Source: Macrostomum lignano (taxonomy: Eukaryota). From it: DNA of 64,000 nucleotides. Below are positions 29,462 through 39,726 of the stretch, one piece after another. The position numbers were made by a program, and so were the translations under genes. Below the pieces are notes generated by a model that did not search any database, had not been told where the DNA came from, and saw only the letters and a program-made list of their open reading frames with translations. Positions within the stretch are counted from its first letter, which is position 1. Each line of letters starts with the position of its first letter. The stretch spans positions 186,001 to 250,000 of the forward strand of contig NIVC01001503.1 in NCBI GenBank assembly GCA_002269645.1, given 5' to 3'.

Positions 29462-29511
29462 CTAGTTAGTCAGTTAGTTAGTTAGTTAGTTAGTTAGTTA
29501 GCTAGTTAGTC

Positions 29512-29593
<82 letters not shown>

Positions 29594-29595
29594 CT
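29065..29595. repeat. (GTTA)n microsatellite, the reverse complement of the 10.6-kb tract
   Basis: Directly visible with gcta/gtca variants. Confidence 0.97.
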
Positions 29596-30036
29596 ACATA
29601 GGGGATTGCTGATATTTTGCACTTATTCTCGTGTTTACGTTGTTGACATTTTAATCTAAACTACGAGCTAAGTTGATTCGATGAGTACCATAGACGAACC
29701 TGCAGCTGCCGCGGCTGCATACCTGCTAATCAATTGAAAGAACACCAGTTAATTTATTAAACCACCCGAACTGAGAATCGCAGAAAGTGCAGCAATTTAT
29801 ACTAACAAGCCGAGACATTTTATCTTGAGCGCAGCAAGGCCCACTACCGACACTGATGACCCAATTGGCCGAAGAAACGGCTTACTTGCATGGCACCGCG
29901 AAATAAAACTTTGGTAAGGACTGCAGGGCCTAATGCTCGTTGCTCTTTTCATTGCATGTAAGACCGGCGTGAACTCAAATCTACAGATGAAAGGAAATGC
30001 TCACGTTTTGGCTCCTCACTCGCTCACCTTGTATAT

Positions 30037-30246
30037 CATGAACTCACTCATGAACTCACTCATGAACTCACTCATGAACTCACTCATGAACTCACTCATG
30101 AATTTAGTCATGAACTCACTCATGAATTTAGTCATGAACTCACTCATGAATTTAGTCATGAATTCACTCATGAATTTAGTCATGAATTCACGCATGAATT
30201 TAGTCATGAACTCACTCATAAAAGTGAGCTCGCTCACTCACTCATG
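30037..30246. repeat. 12-bp repeat (atgaactcactc / atgaatttagtc)
   Basis: Directly visible. Confidence 0.9.
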
Positions 30247-30336
30247 AATCACTTCATCAACCCAGTACACTCGCTCCGTAGGTGCTGCACCCACTCAGAC
30301 AAAGGCCAATCTCTCTCCTTCACGCAACCTCCGCAG

Positions 30337-30846
30337 GATGAGATTCTGACAATGAGCAGTGGCAGGCCAACAGAGAGCGACGGAGGTGCCCTGAGCAGGG
30401 AAGCCATAATCAGCCTAGCGGTGACCCTCAGCCTGCTGTTCGCCCTCTCCATAGCCGTCGTGGCCGTTGTGATGCGGCTGAAAATGCAGAAGAAGAAATT
30501 CATACCGCCAAGGTATTCGACCAATTCCAGGCGTAAAACCGGCAGTTCTGGCGGTTCGGGCAAGAACAATGACGAGCGGCTGTCGCAGGACATTGTCATA
30601 CCCGCGGCGCCCGTGACCAGCGCCTCCTCGAGGCCTAGCGGCGGCGTCAACTCTTCCAACAATGCCAGACGGAGGCAATTGCACAGCTGCAGTCGCAGCT
30701 CGCCGACGTCCTCAGCTTCTTCCGGAGCCAATCGGCGAAGCAGTTCAACCGGCTGCGACAGCGGCAACTGCATCGCGTCTCCAGCTGCAATTTCTTCTTC
30801 TGCAGCTTGCGGTGCGCGCCGTTCTCGGAGCGCCAGTTATAATTGA
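30337..30846 (+). CDS. Exon encoding a single-pass transmembrane protein (TM plus Ser-rich cytoplasmic tail); upstream exon not identified
   Basis: Pyrimidine tract and ccgcag acceptor at 30336; TM AIISLAVTLSLLFALSIAVVAVVM followed by basic RLKMQKKK; in-frame ATG at 30352; stop at 30844-30846. Confidence 0.55.
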   Translation, partial: DEILTMSSGRPTESDGGALSREAIISLAVTLSLLFALSIAVVAVVMRLKMQKKKFIPPRYSTNSRRKTGSSGGSGKNNDERLSQDIVIPAAPVTSASSRPSGGVNSSNNARRRQLHSCSRSSPTSSASSGANRRSSSTGCDSGNCIASPAAISSSAACGARRSRSASYN

Positions 30847-30988
30847 GGAGTCAATGCGTTAGCTTTGTACCTGGGAGGAGCACGTACGCACGCTGATGGA
30901 TTATTGTGCGTTACCCGGGATAAGCCAAGCTTTTTAACCCATATTTTAATACTCTTTTTTAAATGATAATCACCCTGTTCTATCGCCT

Positions 30989-31748
30989 CGGTACAACCGG
31001 TGAAACCCTGTCCTATATATACCTCGGTACAACCGGTGAAACCCTGTCCTATACCTCGGTACAACCGGTGAAACCCTGTCCTATACCTCGGTACAACCGG
31101 TGAAACCCTGTCCTATACCTCGGTAAAACCGGTGAAACCCTGTATTATATCTCGGTACAACCGGTGAAACCCTGTCCTATACCTCGGTACAACCGGTGAA
31201 ACCCTGTCCTATACCTCGGTACAACCGGTGAAACACTGTCCTATACCTCGGTACAACCGGTGAAACCCTGCCATTTACATCTGTGCAACCGGTGAAACCC
31301 TGTCCTATACCTCGGTACAACCGGTGAAACCCTGTCCTATACCTCGATAAAACCGGTGAAACCCTGTCCTATACCTCGGTACAACCGGTGAAACCCTGTC
31401 CTATACCTCGGTACAACCGGTGAAACCTTGTCCTATACCTCGATAAAACCGGTGAAACACTGTCCTATACCTCGGTACAACCGGTGAAACCCTGTCCTAT
31501 ACCTCGGTACAACCGGTGAAACACTGTCCTATACCTCGGTACAACCGGTGAAACCCTGTCCTATACCTCGGTACAACCGGTGAAACCCTGTCCTATACCT
31601 CGGTACAACCGGTGAAACCCTGTCCTATACCTCGATAAAACCGGTGAAACCCTGTCCTATACCTCGGTACAACCGGTGAAACCCTGTCCTATACCTCGGT
31701 ACAACCGGTGAAACCTTGTCCTATACCTCGATAAAACCGGTGAAACCG
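30989..31748. repeat. 32-bp minisatellite, ~23 copies
   Basis: Unit aaccggtgaaaccctgtcctatacctcggtac. Confidence 0.95.
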
Positions 31749-32989
31749 GTAAAGACATTTTATACTAAGACATATCGTAAAAATGATTCAAGATGAAAAA
31801 AACAGACACCTGATGCAACTTTATCTACGCTACGGAAGTCGTAATGCGGCAAGTCAATCAAGTGCTGGCCTCACAAAAAACAGACTAATAAACTTTGTGT
31901 AACCTTGATGCGACCTGCCCGTCTACTCAACAAGCCTTCCTCGTATAGTCATAAGCGGCAAAGCAGTCCGCATTATCATCTCTCAAAACCAAATCTTTCG
32001 CGACAAAGCTTTCCTGTTCCGAAAAAGCGCATTTGATTTTACTATTTTAATTTGCTTCTTCAATCAGTTTTGTTTTGAAAAGCGTCTAAAAATTTTACTG
32101 CGTCAAATTCTGTTAAATTTGAAATTCAATGACTTCTGATCTTTTTATGTTGTGAAGCCTAATACTTTAATTGGTTTTCGTTAATATTTGGTTTTTACTA
32201 CTGTTACCGCCCCCATGCCATTAAACAAAATAATTGTCTGCCTCAGGATTGGCTGTTATATGCGTAACTTATTAAAAATTCAATGCTGAAATGTGCTGAT
32301 GCTGGCAATCATATTTTTTTCATTGCCGTCCAAAAATTGCTAATTTCGATTCCCAATTGAAAGTCGCAAGCCTCGTGCTCTGATCCCATGGAATATTACA
32401 TTTATCCTTACTGTATGCATGCAGCAATTTCTTGTTGAACTCACCGGAACTTCCCTATTCGATATGACCCAATGCTGGATCTTTCCTTTCCCATTGCCGA
32501 ATGACACACAATTACATCTGATTAAAACACCTAATGAGCTGTGTTACCATGTAAACCTTTGTGCCAGGCGTGGCAATTAAAGTAAAACTCATATTTTTTC
32601 ACACCTGTGTACTGGGCATATATGCATTTAATGCTTTCAGTGTTCGCAATACCTTCGAATGTACCCACACAGACTGTACGCCCTTATAGCACCACCTGGA
32701 GCGTACATTTATAGACACGAAACTGTTTATACTTTTCCGTAAACTATTATTAATATATTCATTTATCATAGCTACCGCGGAGTGACTGCGAGTAAAAAAC
32801 TAATCTATGTTGTCAACAGAAAATTCCCATCAGCTATTAACCACTAAATTATTTCAGATGCTAATTCTGGGCTAAAGCACCCATTGAAAATTTGATAAAT
32901 TTTAATTTACTTCAATAATGATTTCTTTATTTAAACTCCGTGACACTAAAAAGCTGATTTACAGGTCTCTTTTATCTGTGTTTCTTCAT

Positions 32990-35450
32990 CAATCCCATCT
33001 TTATCCCTGTTCCTGCATCCCATTTCTTCTATCCTCCTCTCCCACCTTTATCCCTGTTCGTGCATCCCGTTTCCTCTATCCCTCTCCCATCTTTATCCCT
33101 GTTCCTGCATCCCATTTCCTCTATCCTTCTCTCCCATCTTTATCCCTGTTCCTGCATCCCATTTCCTCTATCCTTCTCTCCCACCTTTATCCCTGTTCCT
33201 GCATCCCATTTCCTCTATCCTTCTCTCCCATCTTTATCCCCGTTCCTGCATCCCATTTCTTCTATCCTTCTCTCCCATCTTTATCCCCGTTCCTGCATCC
33301 CATTTCCTCTATCCTTCTCTCCCACCTTTATCCCTGTTCCTGCATCCCATTTCCTCTATCATTCTCTCCCATTTTTATCCCTGTTCCTGCATCCCATTTC
33401 TTCTATCCTTCTCTCCCATCTTTATCCCTGTTCCTGCATCCCATCTTTATCTCCGTTCCTGCATCCCATTTCTTCTATCCTTCTCTCCCATCTTTATCCC
33501 TGTTCCTGCATCCCATCTTTATCCCCGTTCCTGCATCCCATTTCCTCTATCCTTCTCTCCCAACTTTATCCCTGTTCCTGCATCCAATTTCCTCTATCCT
33601 TCTCTCCCATCTTTATCCCTGTTCCTGCATCCCATTTCCTCTATCCCTCTCCCATCCTTATCCCTGTTCCTGCATCCCATTTCCTCTATCCTTCTCTCCC
33701 ATCTTTATCCCAGTTCCTGCATCCCATTTCCTCTATCCTTCTCTCCCATCTTTATCCCTGTTTCTGCATCCCATCTTTATTACCATTCCTGCATCCCATT
33801 TCCTCTATCCTTCTCTCCCATCTTTATCCTCGTTCCTGCATCCCATTTCCTCTATCCCTGTCTCCCATCTTTATCCTCGTTCCTGCATCCCATTTCCTCT
33901 ATCCTTCTCTCCCATCTTTATCCCTGTTCCTGCATCCCATTTCCTCTATCCCTGTCTCCCATCTTTATCCCTGTTCCTGCATCCCATTTCCTCTATCCTT
34001 CTCTCCCATCTTTATCCCCGTTCCTCCATCCCATTTCCTCTATCCTTCTCTCCCATCTTTATCCCTGTTCCTGCATCCCATTTCCTCTATCATTCTCTCC
34101 CATCTTAATCCCTGTTCCTGCATCCCATCTTTATCTCCGTTCCTGCATCACATTTCTTCTATCCTTCTCTCCCATCTTTATCCCTGTTCCTGCATCCCAT
34201 CTTTATCTCCGTTCCTGCATCCCATTTCCTCTATCCCTCTCTCCCATCTTTATCCCTGTTCCTGCATCCCATTTCCTCTATCCTTCTCTCCCATCTTTAT
34301 CCCTGTTCCTGCATCCCATTTCCTCTATCCCTCTCCCATCTTTATCCCAGTTCCTGCATCCCATTTCCTCTATCCTTCTCTCCCATCTTTATCCCTGTTT
34401 CTGCATCCCATCTTTATCTCCGTTCCTGCATCCCATTTCCTCTATCATTCTCTCCCATCTTTATCCCTTTTCCTGCATCCCATTTCCTCTATCATTCTCT
34501 CCTATCTTTATCCCTGTTCCTGCATCTTATCTTTATCACCGTTCCTGCATCCCATTTCCTCTATCCTTCTCTCCCATCTTAATCCCTGTTCCTGCATCCC
34601 ATCTTTATCTCCGTTCCTGCATCACATTTCTTCTATCCTTCTCTCCCATCTTTATCCCTGTTCCTGCATCCCATCTTTATCTCCGTTCCTGCATCCCATT
34701 TCCTCTATCCCTCTCTCCCATCTTTATCCCTGTTCCTGCATCCCATTTCCTCTATCCTTCTCTCCCATCTTTATCCCTGTTCCTGCATCCCATTTCCTCT
34801 ATCCCTCTCCCATCTTTATCCCAGTTCCTGCATCCCATTTCCTCTATCCTTCTCTCCCATCTTTATCCCTGTTTCTGCATCCCATCTTTATCTCCGTTCC
34901 TGCATCCCATTTCCTCTATCATTCTCTCCCATCTTTATCCCTTTTCCTGCATCCCATTTCCTCTATCATTCTCTCCTATCTTTATCCCTGTTCCTGCATC
35001 TTATCTTTATCACCGTTCCTGCATCCCATTTCCTCTATCCTTCTCTCCCATCTTTATCCTCGTTCCTGCATCCCATTTCCTCTATCCTTCTCTCCCATCT
35101 TTATCCCTGTTCCTGCATCCCATTTCCTCTATCCTTCTCTCCCATCTTTATCCCTGTTCCTGCATCCCATTTCCTCTATCCTTCTCTCCCATCTCTATCC
35201 TAGTTCCTGCATCCCATTTCCTCTATCCCTGTCTCCCATCTTTATCCCTGTTCCTGCATCCCATTTCCTCTATCCCTGTCTCCCATCTTTATCCCTGTTC
35301 CTGCATCCCATTTCCTCTATCCTTCTCTCCCATCTTTATCCCCGTTCCTGCATCCCATTTCCTCTATCCTTCTCTCCCATCTTTATCCCCGTTCCTGCAT
35401 CCCATTTCCTCTATCCTTCTCTCCCATCTTTATCCCCGTTCCTGCATCCA
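32990..35450. repeat. Pyrimidine-rich complex satellite (~47-bp unit built from two ~23-24-bp halves), ~2.5 kb
   Basis: tcctgcatcccatttcctctatccttctctcccatctttatccctgt and rearranged subunits. Confidence 0.95.
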
Positions 35451-36084
35451 ATTTACGTTTAAGAGCTTTTATGCTTTGACAACAGCAAAACTTCACAAGC
35501 TCAAGTTGTCATGGTATTAACAATAGAGAAATTTGAGCAAGCAGAAGCGTGTAAAAACACTTGATTTGAAAGTGCGAAATTTCATGCTAGGGAAATGAAC
35601 CTATATGCCTAATTGAATGTAGGATATTTTTCTAAATCGGATTATGAGTAAGTACAATAGCGGAATTTTTCGGGCGAACTTTTGTGCTGATGCTGCCAAA
35701 CGCTTGAATGGAAACTTACAAAAAAACACCCGCCTAGCAGCCAATTTGTCATACAGTAGTAGCTCTCTATTCAACATTTCTCCACATTGGCAGGCAGGCC
35801 ATCTATCTGCTTGCGAAACTGAGCTTTTGAAAAAGGTCTCAAGACTTTTTGTGCCCATATGTCTATAACAGATACGAGTGTACGCAACTCTCTCTTTCAA
35901 ATGTCAGTGAATGAGACTGCGCTGCCCTTTGCAACTTTGCGCATCTTCTTTATATCATTATTATTGTCTAAAATTTTCAACAACTGTGCACAAGTTTGCC
36001 GTGTAGAAAATTTTTTTGGGGGGGGGGAGGCTGAATAGTTCCGAAATTTAATATATCTGAAAAGCAGCTCTTCCACAACTCCGA

Positions 36085-37390
36085 AACTTCATATCTCCGA
36101 CACTTTATATCTCTCTGACACTCAATATCTCCGACACTTCATCTCCGATACTTCATATCTCCGACAATTCATATCTCCGACTCCGATACTAATATCTCCG
36201 ACACTTCATCTCCGACAATTCATATACCCGACACTTCATATCTCCGATACTAATATCTCCGACACTTCATCTCCGACAATTCATATACCCGACACTTCAT
36301 ACCTCCGATACTAATATCTCCGATACTAATATCTCCGACACTTCATCTCCGATACTGCATATCTCCGACAATTCATATACCCGACACTTCATACCTCCGA
36401 TACTAATATCTCCGATACTAATATCTCCGACACTTCATCTCCGATACTGCATATCTCCGACAATTCATATACCCGACACTTCATCTCTGATACTAATATC
36501 TCCGACAATTCATATACCCGACACTTCATACCTCCGATACTAATATCTCCGACAATTCATATACCCGACACTTCATCTCTGATACTAATATCTCCGACAA
36601 TTCATATACCCGACACTTCATACCTCCGATACTAATATCTCCGACACTCTATCTCCGACAATTCATATACCCGACACTTCATATCTCCGATACTAATATC
36701 TCCGACACTTCATCTCCGACAATTCATATACCCGACACTTCATATCTCCGATACTAATATCTCCGACACTTCATCTCCGACAATTCATATACCCGACACT
36801 TCATACCTCCGATACTAATATCTCCGATACTAATATCTCCGACACTTCATCTCCGATACTGCATATCTCCGACAATTCATATACCCGACACTTCATCTCT
36901 GATACTAATATCTCCGACAATTCATATACCCGACACTTCATCTCTGATACTAATATCTCCGACAATTCATATACCCGACACTTCATACCTCCGATACTAA
37001 TATCTCCGACACTCTATCTCCGACAATTCATATACCCGACACTTCATATCTCCGATACTAATATCTCCGACACTCCATCTCCGACAATTCATATACCCGA
37101 CACTTCATACCTCCGATACTAATATCTCCGACACTCCATCTCCGACAATTCATATACCCGACACTTCATACCTCCGATACTAATATCTCCGACACTCCAT
37201 CTCCGACAATTCATATACCCGACACTTCATACCTCCGATACTAATATCTCCGACACTTTATATCTCTCTGACACTTCATATCTCCGATACTTCATATCTC
37301 CGACAATTCATATACCTGACACATTATATCCCTCTGACACTCAATATATCCGATACTTAATATCTCGGACACTTCATATCTCCGATACCA
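36085..37390. repeat. Complex satellite built on atctccgacacttcat / atctccgatactaat subunits; related block at 37654-37880
   Basis: Directly visible. Confidence 0.92.
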
Positions 37391-37494
37391 TACATGCGCA
37401 ACTGCTGGCCGACCTGGCCGATCTGGCCACCGTAAATTGTGGTGGACCAGGGGTAAGTCGCAAAAATTCCCAGCCTGAAGAATGCGGACATGGT

Positions 37495-37558
37495 ACTAAT
37501 TAGATGACGAGGCATTTATACCTTATAAGACAGTCATAGTTACTCCTGCCGTTTACCC
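37495..37558 (-). pseudogene. 64-nt 28S rRNA-derived fragment (H69-H71 region; R2/I-PpoI target), copy A
   Basis: Reverse complement GGGTAAACGGCAGGAGTAACTATGACTGTCTTATAAGGTATAAATGCCTCGTCATCTAATTAGT versus the eukaryotic 28S GGGTAAACGGCGGGAGTAACTATGACTCTCTTAAGGTAGCCAAATGCCTCGTCATCTAATTAGT (recalled consensus). Confidence 0.85.
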
Positions 37559-39726
37559 AAAATTGCGTTAGGGTTTCTTTTACAGGTAAGTCGCATTTTT
37601 GGTCAAAAAGTAAGTCGCATGGCCAGTGTAAATCAGGGGGGTTGCGGATGTATGTCCGATACTCAATATCTCCGACACTTCATATCACCGATACTCAATA
37701 TCTCCGACACTTCATGTCTCGGACACTCCATATCTCCGACACTCCATATCTCCTACACTTCATGTCTCGGACACTCCATATCTCCGACACTCCATATCTC
37801 CTACACTTCATGTCTCGGACACTTCATATCTCCGACACTTCATGTCTCGGACACTTCATATCTCCGACACTTCATATCACCGTTAGGATTAAGCCTGTCG
37901 GTCTGTCGGAGCTATGAAAGCGCTCCGATATTTTCTGCAAACACGGAGACTGACAGCATCGAGTGAAGAGACATTTCTGCCGCATTCAACTTTTAAAGAA
38001 AGGAAGGAAGACGGATCGAAAAATGAAGCAGATTAAACGGCTTAGCGCTAAGAGGAACTGCGAAGTCGGTGCAATATATGATTTTGCTTGTTATTGATTT
38101 GTATTCCTAGCCGAACTTCGAGGGAGTTCGGCTCTGAGCCTATCGAGGGAAACCCGTCGAAGAAAAATCACTAAGGTTAAAGGGTTTCACTTTCAGCACG
38201 CAGAATTGCAACCTAAAGCAAGTTAAAGACTAAAAAGCAATTAGTTAAAGAGCACAGAAGCCATCATTTTAGCCATTGACCGCTAGTTAATCAGAAAAAA
38301 GGCGCGCAGCGATTGTCCGAATACAAACTCGGCCGCACTGCATTGTCTGACAAACAATTCCACGAATTTGGGAAACAGAAATGAAACCAATAAAAACAGA
38401 TTAAAAAAGACACCCAGATAAACGATTTTATTCGAAAAATAGTTGTTTAAAGGTAAAGGAGAAAATTCGCTAAGAATCCTTAGTAACAAGCTATGCTACG
38501 GGCATTAGTACAGTTTATTATTAATAAGAGATTGAGATTACCAGCCAAAGACCAAGTCTTACCTATTTAACGCTTGTCCGTTAAATATAAAAAAGTATAA
38601 ACAATACAGAAAAATGACGTAGAAAGAAGAGGACAATAATGTGAAACAGGAAAGAAGAGGGGATTTTTCTTTGGAAAAAACTTGCTAACTGCTCAACGCA
38701 GTCAATTTTCTTCAAGTACACCTTTGCTTGGGAGAAAAATATACGATTCTAATAGAGAATCCGAGCTGCAAGGGCGCAGTGATCAGGGAGGCGCTACCGT
38801 TACAAGGTCTTGTAGACATGAAATACACACACCGACTGCAATTCTCCCACAGGAATGGGAAGCCAGACCAATAAATCGTTAATGATAATAATCATAAATC
38901 ATAACTAATATTAATAGTAATAGTAAGTACAGCACAAGAAAGTTGTCGTAGTAAAACTTTACATGAAAGAAGTGCGTTGTTGCTCTTGCCTGCCATGGGC
39001 CGGGTTGTTTTGAATGCAATTTTCCATTTTCTCACAATTAATATGATAATAATATATAAAAAGACAATATGGCTCTCATGAGAATTACTCATCAAACTAA
39101 TGACTTGTTGGTATAGCAGATTCAGAGAAGAGCTATGCTTTAAAATAAAGGATAGAAGAAAGCGCAGCTAACTATGCAGATATAACAGGCTTAATACAAA
39201 CACTGAAAACGAGCCACCGCAGGAAGAGCCGAAATGTTTCAATTCGCTCCAATCAAATAAAAGCACGAATCAATCAATGGCGGCACTAAAAAGCCCGTTA
39301 AACTTTTATTAGTATAATTTAGAATTAGTAATAGTTTAGAACACATTCGTTAATATTTACCGGTCAGGCATTATCAAAGCGATTAAACAAAAAATACCAT
39401 GAAGCGATTGGGGCGGCAACACTAAGGACAGAGAGAGAAATACAAAACTGTGTGGGCGGCGAGTCCAGCCACTGAACAACTGGCACATTATCTATGCACG
39501 CGTATGCTCTGAATTTGTAAGTAAAGCATCGAATTTAAAATGCATGACAACACGGGGAGGGAGAGCGAGAGACAGACAGTGATTAGGCGTGGGGACAAAT
39601 AAAAATCAGCTTTATTTTACTAGCTCAGCATGCGGAGTCTCGAATTCAATCTATGAAGGTGTCTGCGAATAAATATATAAATATAAGTTTGAAACGGAAG
39701 CAGTCAGACTTGACAGGTTGCCAAGG

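Noticed and set aside
29065-29595. Telomere-like tract
   Set aside because: The unit is TTAG, not TTAGGG or TTAGG; it is an ordinary interstitial tetranucleotide microsatellite.
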